Origin: Planctomycetota bacterium
GTDB taxonomy: Bacteria > Planctomycetota > Phycisphaerae > WQYP01
NCBI GenBank assembly: GCA_021851715.1
Contig: JAJZCR010000005.1
Span: forward strand, 2,329-66,328
Direction of reading: 5' to 3'
Length of the DNA stretch: 64,000 nucleotides
The notes below the pieces were generated by a model. That model had not been told where the DNA came from and ran no database searches. It saw only the letters and a program-made list of their open reading frames with translations. Below are positions 34,954 to 45,186 of this stretch, piece after piece. Position 1 is the stretch's first letter. Each line of letters starts with the position of its first letter. A program made the position numbers and the translations under genes.

Positions 34954-36522
34954 GTGAATAGCAAGAACGAAGAAGGCAGGGCCGCTTCCAATGCCATCCC
35001 AGCCGCGGCCTCGTGCGCCATCGTGATTTTCGGCGCCACCGGCGATTTGACGGCGCGCAAGCTGATTCCCGCCATTTATAATCTGACACGCGATGGGGGG
35101 TTACCGCGGTCCGCAGTGGTAATCGGCTTTGCCCGTCGGCCCAAAACCGATGAACAATTCCGGCAGGAACTGCTGGACGGTCTGAACAAATTTTCGCGGT
35201 CGCGCCCGGTGGATTTGCAGCTATGGCAGGATTTATCCAGCCGTATTTTTTATCATCAAAGCACGTTTGAAGATGCTGCGGGCTATCGCAGTCTGGCCCA
35301 GCGGCTGCTCAAGCTGGATCAAACCCACGGCACCGGCGGGCGGCGGCTGTATTATCTTTCCACCAGCCCCGTGGAATTCGGCACCATTGTGGATCAACTG
35401 CTGGAAACAGGGCTCGGCAACATCGACCCATTCAGCAGTGCGGCGTGGCGGCGGATTATTGTGGAAAAGCCGTTCGGTCGCGATCTGCAAACCGCCCGCG
35501 ATTTGAACACGCGCATCAATCGTGTATTTGACGAATCGCAGGTGTATCGCATTGACCATTACCTGGGCAAGCAGACGGTACAAAATCTGCTGGTGTTTCG
35601 ATTTGCCAACGGCATTTTTGAACCCATCTGGAACCGCCGCTATGTGGATCATGTGCAGATTACCGTGGGTGAAACCCTCGGTGTGGAAGGACGTGGCGGC
35701 TATTTCGAAACTGCCGGTACGTTGCGCGACATGGTGCAAAACCACCTTATGCAACTTCTAGCTCTGGTGGCGATGGAACCGCCGGTGGCATTGGATGGCG
35801 ATGCCATTCGCGATGAAAAACTGCGTGTACTCAGGTCCATTCCGCTCTTCGGCGGCAAGGAGGTGGCCGAGCGGACCATTCGCGGGCAATACACCTCCGG
35901 ACAGGTTAACGGCCAGCCCGTGATCGGGTATCTGCAGGAGCGTGGCGTGCAGCCGGAAAGCACCATCGAAACCTATGCGGCGGTGAAACTCTTTATTAAC
36001 AATTGGCGCTGGCACGGAGTGCCATTTTATCTGCGCAGCGGCAAATTAATGAAGCGGCAGGGCTCGGAAGTGAACATCCATTTTAATTCCGCACCGGGCG
36101 TGCTTTTTAATGCCCAGGCCAATCGCGTGTCGCGCAATGTGCTGACCCTGCGCATTCAACCCGGCGAGGGAATCTCGTTGCTGATCAACGCCAAGCGACC
36201 GGGTACGGCCACCAAAATCGCCCCTGTTCACATGGATTTTGAATACCATGAAGCCTTCGGCAGCTATTCGCCGGAAGCCTATGAACGGCTGCTTTTGGAT
36301 GCCATTCTCGGCGATTCGACGTTATTTATCCGCCGCGATGAAGTGGAAAGTTCCTGGGCTATTATCGACGGCATTGAACAGGGCTGGGAGCAGGGTTTAT
36401 CACCCCTGACCCGGTACGAACCGGGAACCTGGGGCCCGGTGGAAGCGGATGCGCTGTTGGCCCAGGATGGCCGGTTGTGGGACGCCCTGGGTTCGCACGA
36501 TCGGGATGGGTTTCCCCAGTAA
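34954..36522 (+). CDS. zwf: Glucose-6-phosphate 1-dehydrogenase
   Basis: Motifs '[15 protein letters not shown]', '[14 protein letters not shown]' and 'EKPFG'. GTG start at 34954. Confidence 0.92.
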   Translation: MNSKNEEGRAASNAIPAAASCAIVIFGATGDLTARKLIPAIYNLTRDGGLPRSAVVIGFARRPKTDEQFRQELLDGLNKFSRSRPVDLQLWQDLSSRIFYHQSTFEDAAGYRSLAQRLLKLDQTHGTGGRRLYYLSTSPVEFGTIVDQLLETGLGNIDPFSSAAWRRIIVEKPFGRDLQTARDLNTRINRVFDESQVYRIDHYLGKQTVQNLLVFRFANGIFEPIWNRRYVDHVQITVGETLGVEGRGGYFETAGTLRDMVQNHLMQLLALVAMEPPVALDGDAIRDEKLRVLRSIPLFGGKEVAERTIRGQYTSGQVNGQPVIGYLQERGVQPESTIETYAAVKLFINNWRWHGVPFYLRSGKLMKRQGSEVNIHFNSAPGVLFNAQANRVSRNVLTLRIQPGEGISLLINAKRPGTATKIAPVHMDFEYHEAFGSYSPEAYERLLLDAILGDSTLFIRRDEVESSWAIIDGIEQGWEQGLSPLTRYEPGTWGPVEADALLAQDGRLWDALGSHDRDGFPQ

Positions 36523-36534
36523 TGGCCCGGAATC

Positions 36535-36556
36535 GCTGTTGCCAACCGGCAACAGC
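36535..36556 (+). terminator. Perfect 9-bp GC-rich hairpin 13 nt after the zwf stop (no U-tract)
   Basis: GCTGTTGCC-aacc-GGCAACAGC, followed by a second hairpin CCGGCT-tgaa-AGCCGG. Confidence 0.3.
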
Positions 36557-36629
36557 CGGGGCCTGTCCGGCTTGAAAGCCGGTGGCCCGCGGCCAGAGAA
36601 CGGCCTGTTTTCAAGAAAGGATCAGCCCC

Positions 36630-37385
36630 ATGGCGGTTTGTCAGGTGAGTTTTTTTGGTTCGGCCATTCAAAAGGCGGCCGGCATGAACGTGATCATTCC
36701 GGAGAATCTTAAAGGCCGCGCCCCGGTGCTGTACCTGCTGCATGGTCTTTCCGATGATTATACCGCCTGGTGCCGTCGCACCAGCATTGAGCGATACGTA
36801 TCCGGCATGAGGCTGATCGTCGTCATGCCCGACAGCAACCGCGGCTGGTACACCAACAGTGTCAATCCACCGGGATTGAAATTTGAAGATCATATCATGC
36901 AGGATGTCGTGGGTTTTGTGGAGCGGACGTTTCCGGTGATTTGCGAGCGCCGGGGCCGTGCCATTGGCGGACTCTCCATGGGCGGATACGGAGCAATCAA
37001 ACTGGCGCTGAAACATCCGGAGGTGTTCTGTTCGGTCCATTCGCATAGCGGAGCGCTGGCACGTCTGGCCGTCCTGGCCCAATCCACACAGACGGACGCG
37101 TATATTCTTGAAGCCAGGGCCATTTTTGGAGCCGCGGCCGCCGGCGGCAGCGAGGATTGTACGACCCTGGCTGCGACCTGCCCGAAAAACTTCCGCCCGC
37201 ATCTGTGGATCGACTGCGGCACCCAGGATTTCTTGATCCAGGACAGCCGTAGCATGCACCGCCATCTGCTGAAGCTCAAGTTCAAACATACGTATCATGA
37301 ATATCCGGGGGTCCACGATTGGGCCTACTGGGACGCCCATATTCAAGATGCACTGAAGTTTCACGCCAGGAATCTGAAACTTTAG
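36630..37385 (+). CDS. Esterase-D / S-formylglutathione-hydrolase-like alpha/beta hydrolase
   Basis: 'VLYLLHGLSDDYTAW' and the nucleophile elbow 'GGLSMGGYGA'. ATG at 36630 after AAAGGA. Confidence 0.75.
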   Translation: MAVCQVSFFGSAIQKAAGMNVIIPENLKGRAPVLYLLHGLSDDYTAWCRRTSIERYVSGMRLIVVMPDSNRGWYTNSVNPPGLKFEDHIMQDVVGFVERTFPVICERRGRAIGGLSMGGYGAIKLALKHPEVFCSVHSHSGALARLAVLAQSTQTDAYILEARAIFGAAAAGGSEDCTTLAATCPKNFRPHLWIDCGTQDFLIQDSRSMHRHLLKLKFKHTYHEYPGVHDWAYWDAHIQDALKFHARNLKL

Positions 37386-37424
37386 CCAGTGGAGCCGCTC
37401 GCCGCGGTGCTTCCGGCCAGCCGA

Positions 37425-38645
37425 TCACGTATGGTAATCCGCATTGATGGTGATATACTGGCGGGACAGATCACAGGTGTACACGCGGCAGGTGAATGCC
37501 CGCCCGGTACCCAGGTCCACGGTGATATCCAGTTCTGAATGTTTCATGGCCTGCTGGACAGTGCCAAGATCGACCCGGGTGGGCTGCCCATTTTTGAAAA
37601 CCGTTATCTTGCCGACCTGGCATGTGCAGTGATCGGGGCTCATCCTGGCTCCGGAATAACCGGCCGCACTGACAAACCGGCCCCAGTTCGGATCGCCACC
37701 ATGGATGGCCGTTTTCACCAGCGGACTGTTGGCAATGGCCATGGCGGCTTTGCGCGCATCCGCGGCGGAAGCCGCGCCGGTAACCCGGACGTGCACCAGT
37801 TTGGTGGCACCTTCGCCGTCGAAGGCAATCTGCCGGGACAGGGCATCGCATACCTCCAGGAGGCCGGCCCGGAACTTTTTCCAATCCGGCCCGGCGGTTC
37901 GCAGCACCCGATGGTCCGCCAGGCCGTTGGCCAGGCACGCAAAAGTATCGCTGGTGCTGGTGTGCTGGTCCACGGTAACACAGTTAAAAGTTTCATCCAC
38001 GACCGATTTCACGGTCTGTCGCAACAGCGGCGCGGCTATGGCCGCATCCGTCGCCACGTAGGCCAGCATGGTGGCCATGTTCGGCGCGATCATGCCGGAG
38101 CCTTTACAAACACCGGCAATCCGGACCGCGGCCGAACCGAGGCGAAGGGTAACCGCGGCCATTTTTACCCGCGTATCGGTGGTTAATATTCCCTCGGCAA
38201 AGGCGAGGCCGGCCGATGAGCTGTCGCTGATTTCACCGGCCAGCCGGGGAATTCCGGCACGGAGCTTGGCCATCGGCAAAAAATGACCGATCACACCGGT
38301 GCTGCCGGGCAGAATCATCGCTGGGGTTACGGTCGGTATTCGCCGGATCAGTGATTCAGCCGTCAATTGGCACATTTCCCGGGCGTCGTTGATGCCGCGC
38401 CGGCCCGTGCAGACATTGGAGCATCCGCTGTTAATGATGCAACCGTGCAGCCGGCCGCTGCGCAAATTCTGCCGGCCCACGATAATCGGAGCACCCACAA
38501 TTTTATTACGGGTGAATACAGCGGCGGCGACGGCGGGTACCCTGCTTACAAGCATGGCCAAGTCCGGTTTATTGGATTGTTTGATGCCGCAGCGCAGCGC
38601 CCCGGCCCAAAAGCCTGGAACACTGGTAATGGTTTCATTGGCCAT
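37425..38645 (-). CDS. argJ: Bifunctional ornithine acetyltransferase / N-acetylglutamate synthase
   Basis: 'ITSVPGFWAGALRCGIK' and the autoprocessing site 'PNMATMLAYVATDA'. I moved the start to the ATG at 38643-38645, giving 407 aa (the track ORF is 480 aa). Confidence 0.9.
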   Translation of the reverse strand: MANETITSVPGFWAGALRCGIKQSNKPDLAMLVSRVPAVAAAVFTRNKIVGAPIIVGRQNLRSGRLHGCIINSGCSNVCTGRRGINDAREMCQLTAESLIRRIPTVTPAMILPGSTGVIGHFLPMAKLRAGIPRLAGEISDSSSAGLAFAEGILTTDTRVKMAAVTLRLGSAAVRIAGVCKGSGMIAPNMATMLAYVATDAAIAAPLLRQTVKSVVDETFNCVTVDQHTSTSDTFACLANGLADHRVLRTAGPDWKKFRAGLLEVCDALSRQIAFDGEGATKLVHVRVTGAASAADARKAAMAIANSPLVKTAIHGGDPNWGRFVSAAGYSGARMSPDHCTCQVGKITVFKNGQPTRVDLGTVQQAMKHSELDITVDLGTGRAFTCRVYTCDLSRQYITINADYHT

Positions 38646-38947
38646 GATCAAATCCGCCTGGGTGTAAGAACCGAGCCCTGGGCGCAAATCCTTCAGGAAT
38701 TCCCCCGGGGCCAATGTTTTACCATGGACAAGCAGAATCGCAAGCACCCGCGTCGTGATGATGGCTGTGGCGTTGACTCTCCCGACTATTTCCACGTAAG
38801 TCACGCCGTAACCAGCCTGCAAAGTGCACAGTCCCGGGTGGAATGTCCGGAGGGTATTTGACCGCATCGCTGCGTATCAGTATTCTCAAATAAAATAACT
38901 GGACGACGGTTGTTCCAGTTGATGGTTTAACATGATAAGGAATCAAA

Positions 38948-39973
38948 ATGATGGCAAATGCAGCGTCTTCCCTGAAAATCTATTATGAAAATGAAGCACC
39001 TCTTAAGGGCCTGCACGGTAAAACGGTAGCGGTGATAGGTTACGGTTCGCAGGGTCACGCCCACGCGCAAAATCTGCGCGACAGCGGCATTAAGGTTGTG
39101 GTGGCCAATCGGCGCGATTCGGCCAACGGCAAACTGGCGATCAGCCACGGGTTTGATCCGATCTCCGTGCCCGCGGCGGTGCAAGCCGCGGACCTGATTA
39201 TTATTGGCTTGCCGGATGAAGTGCAATCGGAAATTTATGCCAAGGAAATTGCGCCGCATCTGAAGGCCGGCAAGGCCTTCGGCGCAACGCACGGTTTCAA
39301 CATTCACTTCAAGCAAATCGTTCCGCCCAAGGATGTGGATGTCATCATGGTCGCCCCCAAAGGCCCGGGACATCTGGTGCGCAGCGAATTTGTGAAAGGG
39401 GGCGGCGTGCCCTGTCTGGTGGCCGTGCATCAGGATGCCACCGGTCACGCCCTGGCCACGGCGCTGGCGTGGGGCAATGGCATAGGCGGAGCACGGGCGG
39501 GCATTATCAGCACCACGTTTAAAGATGAATGTGAAACCGATTTGTTCGGTGAACAGGCAGTTTTGTGCGGCGGGCTTTCAGCCCTGATCAAGGCGGGCTT
39601 TGAAACGCTGGTAAAAAACGGCTATCCGCCGGAAATGGCCTATTTCGAATGTGTCCATGAAGTAAAACTCATTGTCGATCTGATTTATCAGGGCGGGCTG
39701 AACTATATGCGTTACAGCATCAGCAATACCGCCGAATATGGCGATCTGACCCGCGGCCCGCGCATTGTGACAGATCAGACCAAAAAGGAAATGCAGAAAA
39801 TTCTGGATGAAATTACCAGCGGCAAGTTCGCCGCCGAATGGATGGCCGAACACAAGGCCGGCAAGCCGAAGTTTAATGCGCTCTACGAAGCGGATAAAAA
39901 CCATCCAGTGGAGGTAACGGGCCGCAAACTACGCAACATGATGAAATGGATCAATGCCAAGAACATTGAATGA
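38948..39973 (+). CDS. ilvC: Ketol-acid reductoisomerase (class I)
   Basis: Motifs '[24 protein letters not shown]', '[10 protein letters not shown]' and '[14 protein letters not shown]'. Confidence 0.93.
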   Translation: MMANAASSLKIYYENEAPLKGLHGKTVAVIGYGSQGHAHAQNLRDSGIKVVVANRRDSANGKLAISHGFDPISVPAAVQAADLIIIGLPDEVQSEIYAKEIAPHLKAGKAFGATHGFNIHFKQIVPPKDVDVIMVAPKGPGHLVRSEFVKGGGVPCLVAVHQDATGHALATALAWGNGIGGARAGIISTTFKDECETDLFGEQAVLCGGLSALIKAGFETLVKNGYPPEMAYFECVHEVKLIVDLIYQGGLNYMRYSISNTAEYGDLTRGPRIVTDQTKKEMQKILDEITSGKFAAEWMAEHKAGKPKFNALYEADKNHPVEVTGRKLRNMMKWINAKNIE

Positions 39974-40032
39974 CGCCCGGCAACAGCGGCACCAGGCCGG
40001 GAAGTACCGGCCCATTCCTGGAGTATAAAAAT

Positions 40033-40476
40033 ATGGTTGAGTTTTGCCAGCGACTGGATCATGTGGCCATCGCCGCGGATAATACCGATCTGATGGTGAA
40101 GTGGTACCAACGTATGCTGGGGTTGGTGGTGGTGGCCCAAACAGATCCGCAGCCACCCAGCAATCAGGCTACGTATCTGGTTGGCCCGCCGGGTCCGCGG
40201 GGAATCCATGGGGGAATGTTGATGGAAATCATGCCCCGCAACGACCATGTGCGCCGACCGCGTGAAAGTCACGATGCCGGCATCAGCCACGTGGCCTGGG
40301 TGGTCCAGGATTTTGACGCTGCCTATGCCCATCTGGTCTCTGAAGGCGCGGGGTTTATCGGTTCGGCTGTACAGGCCGTCGGCGGCGGGCGACTGATTTC
40401 ATTTGTGGATTGTGAGGGCAATCTGATGCAAATTGTGGAGCGCAAGCAAACCGCCGGCCACGAAGCGAAAATATAG
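40033..40476 (+). CDS. VOC (glyoxalase / methylmalonyl-CoA epimerase-like) family protein
   Basis: 'LDHVAIAADNTDLMVKWYQRMLG' and 'ISHVAWVVQDFDAAYAHL', i.e. paired beta-alpha-beta-beta-beta modules. ATG at 40033. Confidence 0.7.
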   Translation: MVEFCQRLDHVAIAADNTDLMVKWYQRMLGLVVVAQTDPQPPSNQATYLVGPPGPRGIHGGMLMEIMPRNDHVRRPRESHDAGISHVAWVVQDFDAAYAHLVSEGAGFIGSAVQAVGGGRLISFVDCEGNLMQIVERKQTAGHEAKI

Positions 40477-40505
40477 CCGCTCTGCGCCGGCCTATCGGAG
40501 TTGAC

Positions 40506-40619
40506 GTGAATACTGCCACACGAATAAGCGAAAAATTTCCACCGCCGCTGCTGGTGCGCAGCGGTATTTTTCTGATAATCTTGATTCTGCTGGGTGGATG
40601 CTCCAATCGCACCGTGTAA
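40506..40619 (+). other. 37-codon mini-ORF encoding a lipoprotein-type signal peptide, in frame with sppA but cut off by TAA
   Basis: GGAG (40497-40500), 5 nt, then a GTG at 40506. Translation is VNTATRISEKFPPPLLVRSGIFLIILILLGGCSNRTV, then a TAA at 40617-40619. The sppA ORF continues in the same frame from 40620. Confidence 0.6.
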
Positions 40620-40628
40620 ATTAACCTG

Positions 40629-41534
40629 GTGCCCACCCACCAGACCATTACACCTCACACCATACACCAAACCACCGCATGGTTTAACAGCAATCGTGTG
40701 GCCATTGTCAATATCAGCGGCATGCTGATGGATTCCCGCGGCGGACTGCTGACTTCCGGCCACAATCCGGTCAGTGATTTAAGCCAGACACTCCGGACCA
40801 TTGCCCATGATCCGCGGGTGAAAGCCGTAATTCTGCGACTCAATACCCCCGGCGGTACCGTGACCGCCAGCGCCATGATGTACCATGACATTCTGTCTTT
40901 CAGGCGAAAAACGCATCTGCCGGTCATCGCCTCCATGATGGATGTGTGCGCCAGTGGCGGGTATTACGTTTCCTGCGCTGCGGACTATCAGATGGCGTAT
41001 CCGACCACCATTACCGGCTCCATCGGGGTGATTGTGCAGCTTTTTAACTTTCACAACTCGCTGAAGTACCTGGGCATTTCCGCACCGGCATTTGTCAGCG
41101 GCCCCAACAAGGAAACCGGATCTCCATTTTCCAAAATGACTCCTTCTCAAGCCCGCATTATCCAGGGATTCGTCCGTCAGTTTTATGCCCGCTTCAAGGG
41201 CATTGTGGAGAAAACGCATCCATTGGTGGGCAAAGCCGATTGGCCGCGGCTGACGGATGGCCGTCCGCTGACCGGGCAAAGCGCAGCCCGCTACCACTTG
41301 ATTAATTCTGTGGGGACCTTGCAGGACGCCATTGCTCTGGCCAAAAAGATGGCCCACATTCAACACGCGAGCGTGGTTCTGTACAGCAGAGCGTCGCACG
41401 GCAGCGGGTCCATTTACGCCAAGGCCCAGCCGATCAAGCCCATGGGCAATCTTAACCTGGTGAATATTCAACTGGGTTCCGCGGAGATGGCCGCCATGCT
41501 CCATCCACAATTTTTGTATATGTGGGAACAATAA
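40629..41534 (+). CDS. sppA: Signal peptide peptidase SppA (36K type, S49 family); N-terminal anchor apparently severed (see mini-ORF at 40506-40619)
   Basis: 'VAIVNISGMLMD', 'VILRLNTPGGTVTAS' and the nucleophile region 'DVCASGGYYVSC'. Confidence 0.8.
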   Translation: MPTHQTITPHTIHQTTAWFNSNRVAIVNISGMLMDSRGGLLTSGHNPVSDLSQTLRTIAHDPRVKAVILRLNTPGGTVTASAMMYHDILSFRRKTHLPVIASMMDVCASGGYYVSCAADYQMAYPTTITGSIGVIVQLFNFHNSLKYLGISAPAFVSGPNKETGSPFSKMTPSQARIIQGFVRQFYARFKGIVEKTHPLVGKADWPRLTDGRPLTGQSAARYHLINSVGTLQDAIALAKKMAHIQHASVVLYSRASHGSGSIYAKAQPIKPMGNLNLVNIQLGSAEMAAMLHPQFLYMWEQ

Positions 41535-41551
41535 CCAGGAAACAGGAATGC

Positions 41552-42910
41552 CTACCCGCCGGTAAGCTGCCTGGCCAGAATGGTTTGTGAAATCAGGGTG
41601 CGGCCACGCGCATCTTTGAGTTCCAGAATGATATGGCGATTCCCCAGCGGTCCACCCACGCGGATGATCCCAAAGTTATGCCCAAAAAATGGTACCCCCA
41701 CCCGTCGCGGGTTGATCCATGCGGACGCCTTTGGCGTCCGCACCGGCGCGGCCGCCAGAGAAGAACTGGTCAGATCATAAAGCGGATATTGATCCAATCC
41801 GTGAACATTGGCCGGGCGAACACTCAACTCGCCGAAACGGCAATGCCCGCTGAGAAACACCACTCCCGTAACCGCATGGCCGAAGAGCCAGTCAAAAAAC
41901 GCGGCCCGCTCATGATGAAAATTTCCCCACGATTCATGCCCCGGGTAATCGGAGAGAACAGGGTCACCATCAACAATCAATTTGAAGGTGGCCCGGCTGC
42001 GCATCAACCGACTTTTCAGCCAGGAAAGTTGCCTCCAACCCAGCATGGCTCGCGGGTGTGGCGCCTTGGCGGAGGAGCGGAAACTGCGGTCATCAAGCAG
42101 GAACACCGCCACATCGCCAAGCCGAAAATGGCAGAATGTGCCGGGTGCATGGGCTATGCCGTAATCCGGATTGGGCCAGTAGCTTTCGAAAGCCTGCAAG
42201 GATTGCCGGCGGAACACAAAATTGCGGTTGCTGTGCGGAGTGCCAAAATCGCGGTCGTCCCAGGTGGCATAAACGGCGGAGATACGCAGCAGCCGCTGGA
42301 AGCCCGAAAAATGTCGCGCCTGCTGGTAGTGCTCCATGATAAATCTGGCGGCGTGAACATAGGTGTACGGAAAATTCTTCAGGTGGCGGGGCAGATAAAA
42401 GGCGTTGCCGGCAAAAATAAACGCCAGTGGTTGCGTGGCGGCAATACTCTTCCAGATACGTGGGCTGGCATATTGGGCCGTATTGGCACAGGAACCAAAT
42501 GCCAGCGTGATCGCCGCACCGGCTCCCATTGACGGGGCGGTGTGGATCACCAGCGGTGGGCGGGGCAGACGCACGGGCACACCGCCCAGATCGACCTTGA
42601 TGCGGTAATCATGGTCGCTGCGCAGATTGGCAAGATTCAGGTCTGCAACAAACGGTGGCGGACCTGACACCGTGAATCCGTAAGCGCTTTGCAACTGGCC
42701 GGTGTTGGCGTCAAAACATTGCACTTTCACACGGTCACTGTTGTTGATTTCAAACCAAAGGCGAGCGGAATGTGCCGTCAGACTCCCCACCATCGGTCCG
42801 GCCACCAGATGCGCACCCTTCACCACTGTGCCCATGGAGGTCAAACACGTCAAAATTGCCGCCAGCGTTACCGCTCTAACCTGTACAAAACCCAACATCT
42901 TTTCAAGCAC
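41552..42910 (-). CDS. PhoD-like alkaline phosphatase / metallophosphoesterase
   Basis: Signal peptide, then 'FAFGSCAN', 'FIFAGNAFY', 'ATWDDRDFG', 'FLLDDRSFRS' and 'VFLSGHCRFGEL'. Confidence 0.75.
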   Translation of the reverse strand: MLEKMLGFVQVRAVTLAAILTCLTSMGTVVKGAHLVAGPMVGSLTAHSARLWFEINNSDRVKVQCFDANTGQLQSAYGFTVSGPPPFVADLNLANLRSDHDYRIKVDLGGVPVRLPRPPLVIHTAPSMGAGAAITLAFGSCANTAQYASPRIWKSIAATQPLAFIFAGNAFYLPRHLKNFPYTYVHAARFIMEHYQQARHFSGFQRLLRISAVYATWDDRDFGTPHSNRNFVFRRQSLQAFESYWPNPDYGIAHAPGTFCHFRLGDVAVFLLDDRSFRSSAKAPHPRAMLGWRQLSWLKSRLMRSRATFKLIVDGDPVLSDYPGHESWGNFHHERAAFFDWLFGHAVTGVVFLSGHCRFGELSVRPANVHGLDQYPLYDLTSSSLAAAPVRTPKASAWINPRRVGVPFFGHNFGIIRVGGPLGNRHIILELKDARGRTLISQTILARQLTGG

Positions 42911-43030
42911 CCTTTAATCAGGCCATCCAGTTCGCTTAGTATCATAACGCTTGAACACGGAGGTTGGCACAGCGCGGCAGAATCGCCATCCAGATGCTTG
43001 GGCACCAGCAGACAGCGGGGCCGGCCGCAA

Positions 43031-43807
43031 TCAGAGCCGTTGCAGTTCCAACCAGGCCTTTATTCCCACCGCCCCATCCACAACCATCTGCCCCTGGCCG
43101 GCGGCCAATAAGTCTACCAGCAACCCCAGACTGCGATCCGCCTGTCTTGGCGCGTGGATATCCGATCCTCCCAGTCTGGCTTGCGTGAATTTACCGATCG
43201 GTCGCTGATCACCACGGGAATCCGCCGGGCCAATCAAAGCCAGTACGATCTGGCAGCGTTCATCGGTGGCTCGCCGTTGGGTGGAAGCAATGGCCTCTGC
43301 AGGCACGCCCGGCTCGGCCAAGCCGGCCGGGGGACCGTCCGTCCAGATTTCCATTCCGCCCACAATCGCCATCGGCACCATACCGCGCCGCACATACTCT
43401 GCGCCACGCACGCACGCCACTGCCGCCGATGCCGCTCCCGCCGCGTAGACTACCACCGGCCCGTGCAACCCCAGATCCATGGTAAGTTCAGTGGCGAGGG
43501 TACTGGGCAAGGTTCGGCGGAAAGCATTGGGGCTGGGATATTGCCCGCCATCCGCCGCGCGCGAGTTATCAAACTCCAGGTCATCGTGCAGCGATCCGGT
43601 CGTGCTGCCGATGAATAAGCCGCTGTTGTCCCGGAGCGTCGGTGTTACACCGGCCATTAAGGCTTGCGCGGCGTCGCAGGCCAAGTTGGACGCCTTGGTC
43701 GTGGGCCGCTCTATGCTCTGCCAGGTTCCACCGCCACAACCCAGCACCGGCGGGATACGGTCGGTATCCAGTGAAACCCACGCGTACAAACAAACTGGCG
43801 TATTCAT
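43031..43807 (-). CDS. Half-size KS-like protein, chain-length-factor type (Cys replaced by Ala, C-terminal thiolase half absent)
   Basis: 258 aa. 'VVVYAAGAASAAVACVRGAEYVRRGMVPMAIVGG' aligns to the KS active-site region with Ala at the Cys position. There are no His motifs. The 4-nt overlap with the upstream KS suggests translational coupling. Confidence 0.65.
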   Translation of the reverse strand: MNTPVCLYAWVSLDTDRIPPVLGCGGGTWQSIERPTTKASNLACDAAQALMAGVTPTLRDNSGLFIGSTTGSLHDDLEFDNSRAADGGQYPSPNAFRRTLPSTLATELTMDLGLHGPVVVYAAGAASAAVACVRGAEYVRRGMVPMAIVGGMEIWTDGPPAGLAEPGVPAEAIASTQRRATDERCQIVLALIGPADSRGDQRPIGKFTQARLGGSDIHAPRQADRSLGLLVDLLAAGQGQMVVDGAVGIKAWLELQRL

Positions 43808-44883
43808 TCCGGCTCCGTCTGCGATAATATCACCGCCGCATTTAATCCGCCGAATCCGCTGGCTGTTTTAAGAAGATATTTTATTGGCCGGGCGGGCCCG
43901 GATTGAATAACCAAATTTAAATCCGGGTATTCGGTCTGTTGCAAGCCAACCATCGGCGGCACCATGCCGGTGGTCAGGCACTGCCCGGCCAGCAGGGTTT
44001 CAATCAAGCCCGCCGCCCCCAGTGTGTGGCCGATGAGTCCTTTTATGCCGCTAAGCGCCGGACGATGGGAAAATAGCGTCCGCATGGCGGTAGCCTCCAT
44101 TTCGTCGTTATAGCGTGTGCCAGTGCCATGAAGAACCACCGCATCGATGGCCTCCGGGCCAAGGCCCGCCATGCTCAGTGCGCTGCGGATCGCCCGAATA
44201 AGTCCGCCCGCCGCCCGATCCGGCGCAGTCCGGTGCATGGCATCCGCAGACATTCCCCAGCCCACCAGCGAAACGGTGCGCTCGGGGCGACTGCCCGGGT
44301 CAAATCGGCGCAGCAGGCATGCCGCCGCCGCCGAACCCAGTACCAAGCCGTCGCGGTTTTTATCAAACGGGTGGCAGTTGGTCTTGGCCAGGGCCTTAAG
44401 CGACTTAAACCCGTCGCGGGTAAAACCGGTGATCGTATCCGCCGCCACGACAACGGCCTCCGCAACTACACTGGACGCCACGAGTTCGCCGGCTTCTATC
44501 AGAGCCGTTAAACCGGAAGTGCAGGCAGTAGATACGCCATAGCACGGCCCGCCAAGGCCAAACCGACGCGCCACGATGTTTAGTGACTCGGACATTAGTT
44601 CCGGCAACCGGTCGACATTTCTCCCCTGCCGCACTGCCGCCATCCAGGCCTCAATTTCCGCGATATTCCCCTTGGTCGTGGCCAAAATTACACCGCAACG
44701 TGGCGCGTCACGCACCTGGCTTAGAATCGGTCTAAGCGCCTCGGCCACCAGGTGGTGCCAATCCATGGAGGCTGGCGTATCAGTGGCTTTCCACTCCGGC
44801 CGGCAGCCTGTCTGCCATGCGGTCCACAAAGCGTGAATGGAGGAAAACTCCGGCGTAACTGCCGAGCCGGTAACGATTTCCAT
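43804..44883 (-). CDS. Beta-ketoacyl synthase (intact Cys-His-His)
   Basis: Motifs 'GVSTACTSGLTALIEAG', 'VVLHGTGTRYNDEME' and 'KGLIGHTLGAAGLIE'. Start set at the ATG at 44881-44883 (alternative 44904; track 45012). Confidence 0.8.
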   Translation of the reverse strand: MEIVTGSAVTPEFSSIHALWTAWQTGCRPEWKATDTPASMDWHHLVAEALRPILSQVRDAPRCGVILATTKGNIAEIEAWMAAVRQGRNVDRLPELMSESLNIVARRFGLGGPCYGVSTACTSGLTALIEAGELVASSVVAEAVVVAADTITGFTRDGFKSLKALAKTNCHPFDKNRDGLVLGSAAAACLLRRFDPGSRPERTVSLVGWGMSADAMHRTAPDRAAGGLIRAIRSALSMAGLGPEAIDAVVLHGTGTRYNDEMEATAMRTLFSHRPALSGIKGLIGHTLGAAGLIETLLAGQCLTTGMVPPMVGLQQTEYPDLNLVIQSGPARPIKYLLKTASGFGGLNAAVILSQTEPE

Positions 44884-45186
44884 AGCATGGTCTGGATTTG
44901 GCATTAAAATCGCATCCTGACAGAATACCCGCCTGCGCCGTCGATAAGCCGCGATCGAATTCCCGCGTCGTTGTTGGGGCATGACCCGCACGGTATGATC
45001 TGAATTTAGCACATTTGTGCACGGACTTTAAGTGTTCCGCCCCGCAGTAGCCGCCAAAGTCTGCAAGGTTCATCGCGACGGGGAGTTGGCGGCACCGGAA
45101 AACTGCAGTTGGTGCAAAGACAGTGCGAGGTTGTAATACCGGATGATCAATACCCAGCCACAGTGCGTTTGGGGAAGGCTTTGACC

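Noticed and set aside
36279-37364. Long antisense ORFs overlapping well-supported genes. Examples are 36279-37364(-), 45070-46014(-), 11969-12997(-), 6721-7701(+), 41633-42532(+), 40779-41531(-) and 16130-16672(-).
   Set aside because: They are Arg/Gly/Pro/His-rich, have no recognisable motifs, and lie opposite genes with clear family signatures. This is the typical shadow-ORF artefact of GC-rich DNA.
37425-38867. N-terminal extensions in the ORF track for argJ, cimA (to 63931), the sulfotransferase (to 8788), the OMF (to 49933), the PEP-CTERM protein (to 59028) and KS 43804-45012.
   Set aside because: The conserved family N-termini begin at internal ATGs that have SD-like sequences. The extensions overlap upstream genes or promoters and look non-protein-like.
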